Source: Callorhinchus milii (lineage: Eukaryota). Taken from it: a stretch of DNA of 64,000 nt. The stretch lies in the NCBI RefSeq assembly GCF_018977255.1, contig NW_024704763.1, positions 5,642,001 to 5,706,000 of the forward strand. The letters are read 5' to 3'. The notes under the pieces are model-generated. The model did no database searches, had not been told where the DNA came from, and saw nothing but the letters and a program-made list of their open reading frames with translations. Below are positions 54,101 through 62,460 of this stretch, piece after piece. The stretch's first letter is position 1. Every line of letters begins with the position of its first letter. A program made the translations under genes and the position numbers.

Positions 54101-56832
54101 TCGTCGCCTTGAACAGGGCTGTTTTCATGCTGTGGGCAACATGAGACAAATACAAGTACAGAACACTGCACAATGTCCTCTCAGAAACTACACACTCCTG
54201 CAGGAACTTAAACTGTTTTAGGAACAAATCTTAAAGGCTCCAGTTGCAACACCTTCATTAGTTATTGTTGTATTTAGGATGTAATGAAATATTGTGTCTT
54301 TTCTACCTCTGAATACAACTTACAATCCTGTAGAACTTTTGGGTCCAATGTTCAGGTTTTTATTGATAGAATAACTTTTTTTAAAAAAAGGTAATGTTCT
54401 TGATTTCTGTCTCAATGTCAGGCGTGGCCTGATTGTCTGAATTCCAGTGCTGGGAGTTTCAACAACAACAACAACAAGATCCCATTTATAAAGCGCCTTT
54501 CACATCAGGAGGACGTCCCAAGGCGCTGCACAGTTGGGTCAGGACCCGAGCAGGGGGGAAATGGTCAGGGTGAGGGGAGGGAAGGGAGGGAGCGAGGAGG
54601 GGGGAAATGGTCAGGGTGAGGGGAGGGAAGGGAGGAAGCGAGGAGGGGGAAGAGAGTCGAGAGGGGAGCTGAAGGCACGGTCAAAGAGAAAGGTTTTGAG
54701 ACCGGCCTTGAAGGAGGAGAGGGAGGAGGCGGCGAAGGCACTGGGGGATGGAGTTCCAGAGCCTGGGGGCTGAGAGGCTGAAGGCCCGACCACCGATGGT
54801 AGGACGATTGGGGCGGGGGACGTGGAGCAGACCGGAGCCGGAGGAACGGAGGGTACGGGCAGGTAGGTAGGGGGATAGTAGGTGCCAGGGATTTAATGGG
54901 ATCCATCTGGTCTTCGGGTAACATTTTACTTTTGCATTTTTTGCATTGGTCACCTTCTTTTCCAGTGGCCCAATTGGTTCAATCCGACTCGTGTAATTAG
55001 TTGATGTAAATTTGTTATCCAATGAAACTCACTCAGTCCATTTGCTCAGTGAAAATTGTCTTTATGCCCTGACTAGGTATCTCCTCTGGATTTGATAATG
55101 AGTGAACGAATCTTTGGAATCCTGGGCCACATGGCTGCCTGCGAGATCCCCCAGACACGCCTGCTGTCCCTGGTGGGAGAGATGAAGTAAGAGATTGACG
55201 TGTAACCGTGCCTTTCATAAGACATGACCGATTAAAAATGACGAGTTGTAATATTATCGTTACAGTAAAAAAACACAGATTCAGACATTTTAAAGCACCC
55301 AACTTTAACTCTGCTTGGTGCCAGAGATTCAATGCTGGAGGATTTACTGTCAGGGATTTAGAACTGGGATTTATCCTTTGGGAATTTATGCCAAGATTTA
55401 CAGTCAGGGATTCGGTCCCAGAGGATTCAGTGCACATGAGGTAAAAGTTAGTGCAATGCAATTCATCTCAGTGCCTTTTTGAGTTTTACGAAGGGGGAAG
55501 GGGGTGAGGGAATCACCTTGGGTTACATCTAACAAGTATCAGAGAAGGTGGCATCTGGGTATATGTGTAACTAATTATGCATTTACATTCTTCGGGTTTC
55601 ATGGATCCAACCATCACGTTATAATCAAGCTCCATTGTAATCTCTTAAAATGCCAATTTATGAAATTCTTTCTGAATGTCCGAATAAATCATATCCATTG
55701 ATCCTCTTCTGTCACCTATAATTCGGTCAAAGAAATCTTATTATGTTTGTGGGACATGATCTACCCTTAACAAAACCATGCTGACTGTGAGATTAGTACT
55801 CTTGAGGTCCTGCTATTTAAATTAAATAATCAAAGTTGTTATGTGAGATATCCACACTCTGTACGTGCATATGTATGTGACCCCAATGTGGACTATGACT
55901 CCTGGCTTGAAGGTTTTCCACCAGCTCCATAAAAGCCTGTAACCTAGCGCCTGAGGAACAACAGGACTCACGATCCCTGCTGCGAAAAGCAGACTCTCTA
56001 TCTTCTACTCATTAAATCTACTGCTAATGTTTTCCTATTTTCTGATTTCCTTTCCTCCCCATTTAATAAAAAGGCTGACCAAGGAAAGACTATCAAATAC
56101 TTTTTTGTCCTTTAAAGGAGGAAACAGCTACAGTTCCTAATGGAGGCAAAAGGGAGGAAAGCTGGTACCAGCCTCGAGGAGAGTAAGGACAACGGGAAGC
56201 TTGGAGGCGAGTCTATGGGCCGAGCTGTGCTGAATTACACTATCAGGGACAGTGGAACTGAACATGAACAGGTAAGGAGCTATGTCTGGTGTTATGAGCT
56301 GTTAGAAGGCCACTGTTGAACTCTAGCCGTGTAATAAATGTTTTCATTCATTTGTTCAAATTTATTTGCTCACTGCTGATATTCCATGTCTAACCAGTGT
56401 CCGAGCAAACGTGACACTTATAATGTAACATTACAATAAATGTTCTTTCCCCAAATTCCATACTTTGTTTATAGAGATGAAAAGCACTGGAAATCTGAAC
56501 TAAAAGCAGGCAATGCTGTACATACACAGCGAGTCTATCAGCATCTAAAAGCGAAAGATGGATGAATGTGCTAGGCCAGACCGTCCGGACGTTTCCTTAC
56601 TGAATCTCTTACTTTTTTTTCCTCAAAGTGTAAGCAGGAGAGGAAATGCTTTTGTCAGAAGTACGTGCAAAGCCTGGTCAAAGAAGCCAGTCTCATTGAT
56701 CAGAAGAATGAGTCTCTGCAGAAACTCTGGCCACAAATCTTCATTGAGCTCGTACGGGACTGTGTGATCGAAATGCGCAATAAAACGTCATACATGCAGC
56801 TCTGCTTGACGAAAATAATGGATCAGAAATGA
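91..56832 (+). CDS. LRRC49: Leucine-rich repeat-containing protein 49 (centriolar satellite / tubulin polyglutamylase complex subunit); spliced gene span, 16 core coding exons, 693 aa (776 aa with both candidate extra exons)
   Basis: Hand-spliced exons give one continuous frame with SDS22-like LRRs ([27 protein letters not shown]), an [13 protein letters not shown] coiled coil and C-terminal [15 protein letters not shown]...DQK*. This matches vertebrate LRRC49 as recalled. All introns are GT-AG with compatible phases. Confidence 0.96.
200..350 (-). mobile_element. SINE 3' half with L2-type (ATT)n tail
   Basis: Reverse complement of ctgtgcgcaattggctgccg...atcaaatgcaaggattatt, shared with many copies in the window. 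Confidence 0.85.
601..680. mobile_element. Possible hAT-Charlie-type DNA transposon end
   Basis: Begins CAGGGGTGTCAA and has GGTGGGCCGC, both typical of Charlie-like termini; partner end not found. Confidence 0.35.
945..2310 (-). mobile_element. L2-clade LINE, 5'-truncated and internally deleted (RT C-terminus, 3'UTR, (GTT)n tail)
   Basis: ORF 1115..1807 has [31 protein letters not shown] and [13 protein letters not shown]; catalytic motif reads HMYSDD followed by a stop. Confidence 0.95.
2586..2918 (+). mobile_element. Full-length tRNA-derived SINE (short subfamily)
   Basis: tRNA-like head with A/B boxes (cagtggttagagc...tttgcaag...tcaattcc), conserved body, L2-type tail ending (ATT)n. Confidence 0.92.
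3145..3216 (+). CDS. LRRC49: LRRC49 exon 2 ([24 protein letters not shown])
   Basis: ttttgtttgcag acceptor, GTAAGT donor, 72 nt, phase 0-0; similar to human VNCGLHLVIQTSS. Confidence 0.85.
3640..3855 (+). mobile_element. L2 3' end fragment
   Basis: ttcaagacccatctcaagacc...ctttgac motif and degenerate tail. Confidence 0.75.
4004..4091 (+). CDS. LRRC49: LRRC49 exon 3 ([29 protein letters not shown])
   Basis: ttgcag acceptor, GTGCCG donor, 88 nt, phase 0-1; similar to human VEFKLNKD...ERNYSSRQ. Confidence 0.82.
4890..5054 (+). CDS. LRRC49: Candidate extra LRRC49 cassette exon ([22 protein letters not shown]...GNMPCLP)
   Basis: gttttgcag acceptor, GTACGT donor, 165 nt, phase 1-1, open in the frame needed between exons 3 and 4. 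Confidence 0.6.
5205..5562 (+). mobile_element. tRNA-derived SINE (long, older subfamily)
   Basis: Degenerate tRNA head, gtttacctagca...taggaacc segment, shared body and tail. Confidence 0.85.
5594..5699 (+). CDS. LRRC49: LRRC49 exon 4 ([36 protein letters not shown])
   Basis: ttttcag acceptor, GTAAGC donor, 106 nt, phase 1-2. Confidence 0.92.
6373..6576 (+). CDS. LRRC49: LRRC49 exon 5 ([23 protein letters not shown]...LRVLMLGKN), LRRs
   Basis: tttgtccag acceptor, GTAATA donor, 204 nt, phase 2-2; lies within ORF 6365..6580. Confidence 0.96.
6925..7207 (+). mobile_element. tRNA-derived SINE (short subfamily)
   Basis: ggagtcctgtagctca head, shared body, (ATT)n tail. Confidence 0.88.
7308..7460 (+). 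mobile_element. Isolated internal L2 RT fragment
   Basis: Encodes [25 protein letters not shown], matching the L2 copies at 945 and 52460. Confidence 0.85.
8797..9043. repeat. Degenerate minisatellite, core GTGRTGAGCAGTGTGTGCCAG, about 8-9 units of 25-33 bp
   Basis: Core motif visibly repeated with variable linkers. Confidence 0.8.
9998..10319 (-). mobile_element. Full-length tRNA-derived SINE (short subfamily)
   Basis: Reverse-complement near-copy of 2586-2918. Confidence 0.93.
10932..10991 (-). mobile_element. L2 tail-only insertion
   Basis: Essentially identical to 946-1005: (CAA)n gattccatttataaagcgcctttcacgtcaggaggacgtccca. Confidence 0.85.
11165..11350 (-). mobile_element. SINE 3' half
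   Basis: Shared body and (ATT)n tail in reverse complement. Confidence 0.85.
12840..13240 (+). mobile_element. Degenerate CR1 LINE ORF2 fragments
   Basis: A-rich remnants resembling REIRKAKR..KRITKERVGP and [12 protein letters not shown] (CR1 consensus RPVSLTSVVGKL). Confidence 0.6.
13282..13348 (+). CDS. LRRC49: LRRC49 exon 6 ([22 protein letters not shown])
   Basis: tttccag acceptor, GTGCAG donor, 67 nt, phase 2-0. Confidence 0.94.
13735..13992 (+). mobile_element. SINE (long subfamily), head truncated
   Basis: tttccttactccac, tttacctagcagtaagtaggaacc, shared body and tail. Confidence 0.85.
14823..14966 (+). CDS. LRRC49: LRRC49 exon 7 ([21 protein letters not shown]...[14 protein letters not shown])
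   Basis: tttacag acceptor, GTAAGT donor, 144 nt, phase 0-0; not in the ORF track. Confidence 0.95.
16254..16315 (+). CDS. LRRC49: LRRC49 exon 8 ([20 protein letters not shown])
   Basis: ccctcccttacag acceptor, GTAAGA donor, 62 nt, phase 0-2. Confidence 0.94.
18865..19135 (+). mobile_element. Old Deu-domain SINE (SacSINE1-like)
   Basis: gatgagac...acgttaaagatcgcatggcac...gtcttggccaa resembles the Deu domain; L2-type tail. Confidence 0.7.
19218..19532 (-). mobile_element. Full-length tRNA-derived SINE (short subfamily)
   Basis: Head gtggagccctgtagctcagtgattagagcgcttgccttgcaagcgagac on the minus strand, shared body, (ATT)n tail. Confidence 0.92.
21195..21455 (+). mobile_element. SINE (long subfamily), head truncated
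   Basis: ttccttactccacacgcctatgtttaccttgcagtaagtagg plus tail. Confidence 0.82.
21686..21833 (+). CDS. LRRC49: LRRC49 exon 9 ([29 protein letters not shown]...LDMKKIT), LRR cap
   Basis: tttttaatcag acceptor, GTGAGT donor, 148 nt, phase 2-0. Confidence 0.95.
24220..25060 (-). mobile_element. CR1 LINE RT fragment, degenerate
   Basis: ORF 24785..24988 [13 protein letters not shown]...[12 protein letters not shown] matches CR1 [25 protein letters not shown]. Confidence 0.88.
27630..27960 (-). mobile_element. Degenerate L2-type 3' end
   Basis: acttgcacttaatttgcacctttcatgtagcaaaatgcctcaaagg tail followed by purine-rich L2 3' sequence. Confidence 0.6.
31670..31890. mobile_element. Palindromic Penelope-like-element-derived repeat
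   Basis: 88-bp arms 31711-31798 and 31801-31888 with 10 mismatches and a 2-nt spacer; ctgacgaagggtc..gacccgaaacg and agatgctgcctgacctgctg motifs as recalled from shark Penelope-type repeats. Confidence 0.8.
31766..31802 (-). ncRNA. Minimal type-I hammerhead-ribozyme-like motif (probably relic)
   Basis: Minus strand reads AGUU-CUGACGA-A-GGGUC-AUG-GACCC-GAAA-UG-UU-GACU: both core boxes, 5-bp stem II, 4-bp stem I. Confidence 0.45.
32309..32392 (+). CDS. LRRC49: LRRC49 exon 10 ([28 protein letters not shown])
   Basis: AAG acceptor after a T-rich tract, GTAATT donor, 84 nt, phase 0-0. Confidence 0.94.
33130..33485 (+). mobile_element. Old Deu-domain SINE (SacSINE1-like)
   Basis: gctgtcttttggatgagatattgaaccaaag...caggtgaacgttaaattccccatggcacta plus L2-type tail. 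Confidence 0.78.
34900..35095 (+). mobile_element. SINE 3' half with rearranged or double tail
   Basis: Shared body, then atcaaatgcaaggatt(att)n, then a second ctgtgaagtgctttggg...aaatgtaagg tail. Confidence 0.75.
36745..36990 (+). mobile_element. Deu-domain SINE fragment
   Basis: tctgcctgttcaggtagacgttaaagatccca...gtcctggcca plus tail. Confidence 0.7.
37218..37390 (+). CDS. LRRC49: LRRC49 exon 11 ([18 protein letters not shown]...FWPDEL)
   Basis: Long polypyrimidine tract plus cag, GTAGGT donor, 173 nt, phase 0-2; similar to human EKKRLTINNVARQWDLQ. Confidence 0.92.
38370..38453 (+). CDS. LRRC49: Candidate extra LRRC49 cassette exon ([27 protein letters not shown])
   Basis: ctgccacag acceptor, GAG/GTAAAG donor, 84 nt, phase 2-2, open in the required frame, purine-rich. 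Confidence 0.55.
44045..44976. repeat. 42-bp inverted repeat pair (44045-44086 and 44935-44976)
   Basis: gctgttagtacagtaccatgatctggagcaccagattaagct and its reverse complement, 1 mismatch. Confidence 0.9.
45078..45490 (-). mobile_element. L2 3' end interrupted by an opposite-strand (GTT)n-tailed insertion at about 45170-45260
   Basis: Minus-strand tail, then plus-strand ggaaggcgctatataaatgcaagttgttgttg, then minus-strand L2 resumes. Confidence 0.78.
46835..47200 (-). mobile_element. CR1 LINE ORF2 fragment
   Basis: ORF 46840..47058 [44 protein letters not shown]. Confidence 0.88.
49880..50290 (-). mobile_element. Degenerate CR1 RT fragment
   Basis: Reverse-strand remnants resembling SQHGF.KG..CLTNL.EFFE and DIVY.DFQKAF.K. 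Confidence 0.65.
50682..50919 (+). CDS. LRRC49: LRRC49 exon 12 ([43 protein letters not shown]...KFPNIM)
   Basis: cttcttcacag acceptor, GTAAGA donor, 238 nt, phase 2-0. Confidence 0.95.
52127..52312 (+). CDS. LRRC49: LRRC49 exon 13 ([23 protein letters not shown]...LQKINDIE)
   Basis: ttcacag acceptor, GTAAGC donor, 186 nt, phase 0-0. Confidence 0.96.
52455..53621 (-). mobile_element. L2 LINE fragment, older, multiple frameshifts and deletions
   Basis: [23 protein letters not shown] and [10 protein letters not shown] in ORFs 53002..53529 and 53262..53648; degenerate tail near 52455. Confidence 0.93.
53622..54102 (+). mobile_element. L2 3' fragment, young
   Basis: [16 protein letters not shown], 3'UTR and (GTT)n tail. 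Confidence 0.93.
54461..54882 (-). mobile_element. L2 3' fragment, young
   Basis: Reverse-complement near-copy of 53690-54102. Confidence 0.93.
55077..55186 (+). CDS. LRRC49: LRRC49 exon 14 ([36 protein letters not shown])
   Basis: ccctgactag acceptor, GTAAGA donor, 110 nt, phase 0-2; similar to human MIMAERLFGILAHVA. Confidence 0.93.
56118..56271 (+). CDS. LRRC49: LRRC49 exon 15 ([16 protein letters not shown]...[17 protein letters not shown])
   Basis: ttttgtcctttaaag acceptor, GTAAGG donor, 154 nt, phase 2-0. Confidence 0.92.
56629..56832 (+). CDS. LRRC49: LRRC49 last coding exon ([20 protein letters not shown]...[15 protein letters not shown]...MDQK*)
   Basis: First AG after the T tract ends at 56628; TGA at 56830-56832; C-terminus matches LRRC49. 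Confidence 0.93.
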   Translation, partial: CKQERKCFCQKYVQSLVKEASLIDQKNESLQKLWPQIFIELVRDCVIEMRNKTSYMQLCLTKIMDQK

Positions 56833-57538
56833 AGACAGCAACTTCTCCGGTGCATGGACTGCAATTATCTCCCAGCACATGGTACTGAAACCAAAATCAC
56901 AGCTTTATAAATATCATCTGCTACACTACAAAGGAAACTGTTGTCTCCTGTACGTCACAGAGGCCTTTCTGTCAGACATGTCCTTCATTTCAATTGAAAT
57001 CACAAACCAGAGGTTTTAATGTAGGATTGTGGGGTTAATTATCAGAGCTGAAGGCTCTCACCTGAGCAGAGAGAAGGAGGAAGCAAGGTAGTTCCCCATT
57101 CAGTCTTCCATCTTCTGTACAGCCATTGAGCGCTGTAGCACAGCTCAAGGGATGCTTCAGGTGTGTCAAAAATTAGCATTGGTGCCATGCTGCCCCTGAG
57201 CCTTCCTGATGTATGTATCTACCCAGAGAATGTGCAGAATGGCTCAAATATAAGAGGAAAGACACCTAAAGCACTATGTTGGAGTGTTCAAAGTAAGGTT
57301 CACTGTTTTCCAACAGATTCACAGTCATTTTCTATCACTAGTCACATGTAAATATATCCTACTTAATACAAAGCACTGTCTTTTAGCACTGTCTTGAGAA
57401 AGTCCACACTGAGGTGCATTCCTTGTGTACTTAGGCACATTGGCTGCTCAGAGCTGGGGCAGTGCGGCTCAGCTTCATCTTGTCCATTGAATTACATTGC
57501 ACTGCTGCGTGGCACCAGTATATTTGACCTCACATACA

Positions 57539-57909
57539 AATAAAAGAAAGCCAACAGGGAGGTATGCTATATTGTTCTGCTGCTAACAAGAAAATGTTTC
57601 ACTTTATTATACCTTTAACATTTAATTTTATAAATACCGGGTACATTTTATCACGTTTTTCATTTATTTAATTGCTGTAATTCACTGAAACTTCTGGTTT
57701 AAAAGCTGAGCTATTGATGCTTTTTCTTTGCTGAGATTATTTTGCCTCTTCAGTGCTAATTCCAAAGTAAAATGAATAAAGTTTGCTTGAGTTTACACTT
57801 CCCATAACTTGCAGCATTGTGTTTCATCTGGATTGATTTGCACTATAGGCCAGTTAAAAAAATACTTCTTAAAACTGATGAAGCAAAGTTCAAGTGGTAT
57901 TACAATAAA
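57539..57909 (+). terminator. Candidate LRRC49 polyadenylation signals
   Basis: AATAAA at 57539-57544, 57775-57780 and 57904-57909, 0.7-1.1 kb after the stop; which is used cannot be told from sequence. Confidence 0.5.
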
Positions 57910-58144
57910 GTGACACCCAGCCTAACACACTCCCCAACCCTTCATATCTGTTATGTTCAGTTTGCTTTCCCACTAAGCTGTCAGGATTGTCTCCTGATTT
58001 ATGCGCCATGGTTTATGGTTGGTGAGCTCTGAATTTTTCTCAGTTGCTGCAGCAACTATCACAGAATCTAATGAGGCGAGGCAGCATATGGCTTGATTTC
58101 CCTCAAGTACATATTAAAATAACCTTCTGCTCTGTAAAATGCAA

Positions 58145-58815
58145 GGTAGAATCACAGAATGTTACATCTCAGAAACAGGCCATTGAGCCCATAGTGTCAA
58201 TGCTGGAGTTTTTTTCTGCCCATTAGTCACCTAATCTAATCACTCTCCTGCTCACTTCTCACACCCACAAATGTTCCTCCTCTTCGAGCATCAAATTCGC
58301 TATTGAAAGAATTTATGGACTCTGCTTCACCTATGATTTGTGGCAGAGAATTTCATATTCCACCCATCACTCTGTAAAGGCATTTTTTTTCAACCTCCAC
58401 ATTCTGTGATTATCTTAACCGCATGCCTCTTCATTACTGACTTATCAACTAGTGGAAATATTCTATTATATGTATTCTATCATAACCCTTCATGATCTTG
58501 AAAATCTCTATCTGGCTTGCCCGGCCCATAGCTCTAATGAAACAGCACTAAATTCCCCGACTTTTCATTGCTCATCCCTGGCAATATTTTAGTGAATGAA
58601 CCTATGCTGACCTTTCAAATGCCTTTATATCCTTCGTTACAATGGAGTGTCCAAAACTGTACACAATAATGCAACTGTGGAACCAGCGACAGACCTGTAG
58701 ACGTTTAACATTACCATCTTGTTTCTCATCTCCATGCCTCTACAGTAATAGTAAGCTGGTAATTGTTTTGTTTTGCTACTGAATCCAAGTGGCCATTCTA
58801 GTGTATTGCCTTTTG
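58145..58815 (-). mobile_element. Degenerate CR1 3' end
   Basis: agaatcacagaatgttac..gaaacaggccatt tail and tcataacccttcatgatcttgaaaatctctat ORF2-end remnant. Confidence 0.7.
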
Positions 58816-58821
58816 GGTTTA

Positions 58822-59030
58822 TAAACCCTCCAAAAAATAATAATAATAATAATAATGTGGTCATTCAATCCACGATTGTTTGTGGGACACTGCTGTGCAC
58901 AATTGGCTGCCGCGTTTCGCCCACACAACACACAGTCACTACACTTTACAGTATATCCTGTGAAGCGCTTTGAGACGTCTCGAAGACGTGATAAGCCGCT
59001 ATATTAAATGCAAGAATTATTATTATTGTT
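58822..59030 (+). mobile_element. SINE 3' half
   Basis: Shared body and (ATT)n tail. Confidence 0.85.
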
Positions 59031-59749
59031 GGGAGACTTCAACAGGCAAAACCTGCTTCTGCTCTCACTCCCTGTCCATACATGCACATTCAGCATGAAG
59101 CACTACATAACAATCATTAACTTTGCTTTGCCCCTGAGGCCTCATTGCTGCTCCTGAGATCAGTTCTCTCAGCTCCTGAAGTGACATTTCTATTCTACAC
59201 AATCTCAGAACACTCAAAATGAGATGACTTTAACTCCAGTAAAAAGGATTTTAGTTCATTGTCTTACATGACAGACTGATGTAAACATGTGCTGGTGTGT
59301 CTCATCAGTGAGGAAACCTAAGAAGACTAGCATCTTATTAAAGACACCACCAATGAATCATCCAGCAGACAGGTCTGAGCCGTACAGCAAGATAGGAACG
59401 TACTGTTAGGGGAGGCTCAAACACTTCATAACAGATGATGGAACCACACAACACTGCCTGGCCCACGCATGGTATCTTTACACGTTCTGTTGGATCTGTT
59501 TTTTTTCAGATGAAGCAAACAATTTGCACCCAGCTCCTGCTGAGTATCATTCCTATTCATGGCATTTGATGCTGTGGTCTGCCAGATAATGCAGATTGTT
59601 TCTCCAAGAATATAGAATAAGAATAAAGTGATGGATGGAGTTTAAAATACTGGAAATTGGCTTGAAAGATTTGATGAAAATACTCTTGTTGAGTTTCTTT
59701 CCCTGCAACATAAGAGGAGGAACTATAGCAAAATGGTAAAATGAATTTG

Positions 59750-60270
59750 GCATCAGCTTGAGTCAGTTGGTGGAACTCTCATCTCTAGGTCAGAAGGTTG
59801 TGAAAGCACTCCCGGATGCTATCCCGCATGAATGGTGCTATATAAATGCAAGTTGTTGTTGGTTCAATCTGCATGTCAGGACTTTGAGCTTAAAGTCTCG
59901 GCGGTTTGTGGTGGGGGTATTGCTGCATTGGTGTGTTGCTGTTGTTTGGATGAGATGTTAAACTGAGTTCCCACCTGCTTGTTCAGGTGGATTTTAAGAT
60001 CCCAGGTACCATTCCAAAAGAGAAGAAGCTTTCTCCCTGGTCAATAATCATCAGTGTCTATTGATCACTGATTTCATCATTATTTATAATAAACAGACAT
60101 AAATAAACAAATAAACACGGCAGACGATCCATGGACATAATTGCATGGCACATTGATATGTGCAAACTGGCTGCCATGTTTATTGATAAATATAGACACT
60201 AAACTTGCCACCAATTTCCTGTGAAATGTTTGGAGATATCTAAACACTATTCAAATGGAAGGATTATTAT
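59750..60270 (+). mobile_element. Old Deu-domain SINE with nested L2-type tail (about 59800-59860)
   Basis: tcagttggtggaactctcatctctaggtcagaaggttgtg head, ttggatgagatgttaaactgag..caggtggattttaagatccca core, degenerate tail. Confidence 0.65.
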
Positions 60271-62460
60271 ATATTTTTTCAATAAAATCTTAAAAAGGAG
60301 TGGACGAACAAAGATATTCACAAATGCAACTCTTTAAAAGTAGGAGGGTATGTTTACAAAGTTATACCGTATAAAAAAAAGCAAAGTTATTTGAAAAAGT
60401 TAATAAAGTCCTAGATTTTATAAATATTGTCACAGAATACAAAAGGAAGTGATATTCTCCACTCCAGAGTGGACATGTGTAGAGATTCTCCATGATGTAA
60501 AATGCTTTCTTTCTCAGCTTGAATTTTAGTCTTAAGCAGAGAAAAGGGGCTAATAATTATGTGACTAAATTTACAGACCGTACAACTGGAGTTGTGGACC
60601 CTGCTGTTTCTGTTGCCGAGGCCTGGCGACTGCTCTCTCTCCCTTTGCCAGTGAGATGACACTCTGGGGCTGATTTCAAAAGATTTCTGAAGTTTGAAAC
60701 CCGCACGCTTTTTGATTTTATTTCAATAAAATATTTGATGTCAAAGCTCTATGTAGATAAAAAAAATGGAAATAAAATAAAAATGGAGATGAGAAACAAG
60801 ACGGTAATGTTAAAATAGTAATTTTTACAATTACGGCCGTTAATTGTAACAATTAACACCGTGAAATAAAATAGCAAAATAACAAATATTCGGTGGAAAC
60901 AAACAAACAAACAAACAAACAAATAAATAAACCTCATTTGTTTTAATTTGTTGATAAATCCAATCAATCAGAACTGAACGAAGAAGCGCCTCTTTTCTGC
61001 GTTGGGAGCAAAACCTGCTCCAGATGTGCTGCTTTAGCTGCAGTTTCTGTGCTGCATGGAAGAGCCAGTGCTGGGGGCCAGAGGGCAGATGTGAGGCTGT
61101 AGATCAGCAGGAGAGGGTGGGAATGGCAGGCTGGAGCCAGCATTCCCAGATTGACAGTGAATCACTTTGTGCTGCCTCAAGGATACAGCTGTATTAGTTA
61201 CTATGACACTGCAATGCTGTTAATCAGTGTCTGCTCCTCACTTTGTTACTCAGACATGCTGCACTTGGCATCGGTCCAAAACCCATCAACAATCTTTAGC
61301 AGCCAAACATTTCGAGTTCCTTTTGCGAGTAACGTTTTAGGTTCGTGGCTGATGTATGGCAGGACAAGCCTCAGGACAGACAGAAAGAGCTCATCAGAGG
61401 AGACTACAGAAGTACACGTTGCCTGAGATTCAGGATTTATCGCCATCAAATTTATAGGCTCTCTGTACTGTTTGCCTATTTCACAAGCAAACCTTTTTTT
61501 TTTCACACGTTGTGCAACTTAAAACAGAAGGGTTTTGTGAACCATGTGATCTCTGAAACAACACTGAAACCCCAACCTGTCTGTACATTTTACTCAAAAC
61601 CAATACGTGGGAGAAAAATATCAGAGCAGACTTGATGAGATGAATGTCCCCTTTCTGTGCAGTAGTATTTCTGTGATGGCTGAGGTGTTACACTGAGCTG
61701 TTGCTACACTAATGCCTTAGGGAAGCTGTCATGATACTCAATCCAAAGCACAGGTGTGTTCGTGAATTTCTTTATTATCAACTCATTGCCCCCCAATCGA
61801 CTTACTGTATAACCACAGCAATTTGTTCTAACCTCAGTGTACTCGTTGACTCTTTATTAATTGTTCTTTATTTCTGAAAGGAATATCCTCCAGCCTTTCT
61901 TTCATTGGAGACACTGATTTCAGCTGTCACATCAATGCTGCACTCAGCCTCGCCAGAAACTGTTGGAAATTATTTGAAACGAAAGCAGTCAAGGAAGGCA
62001 GTACAAGTCACCATGATTTCGAACCCAGAGTGTGGTCAGATCTACAATATTTGAAAGAGGATTTTTTTCCCCCCCTTGTGTGCAGGTCAACAACCCTCCA
62101 GATAAATTGGTGATGGACTCCAATGCCTGTTTGTAGGGCAATTGCTGCACTCAAATTGGGAGCGTTGCATCTTATGGTCATTACCAGTGAGAAGGTCCTT
62201 AAGGCTTTCCAAGTGACAATCATTCCGACTGCATTCATCACCGGGTTTGCATGAATTCCCAAGCCTTGCCCCTCAACTCCTGTGCTCCACCTTGTACCTC
62301 TTGGCTTGTCTCGGGGTCCAGCGATCTGAAGCCTTTCCCCCTGTTATCAAAGGGGCGTTCCAAAAAAAAAAAAAATTGGTGCAAATGAGTGAACGTGTTC
62401 ACAACCCGGAGGGAGGGCGAGGGATGGGTTTGGGCTGATCGGTGACACGGGGTAAGTGAT

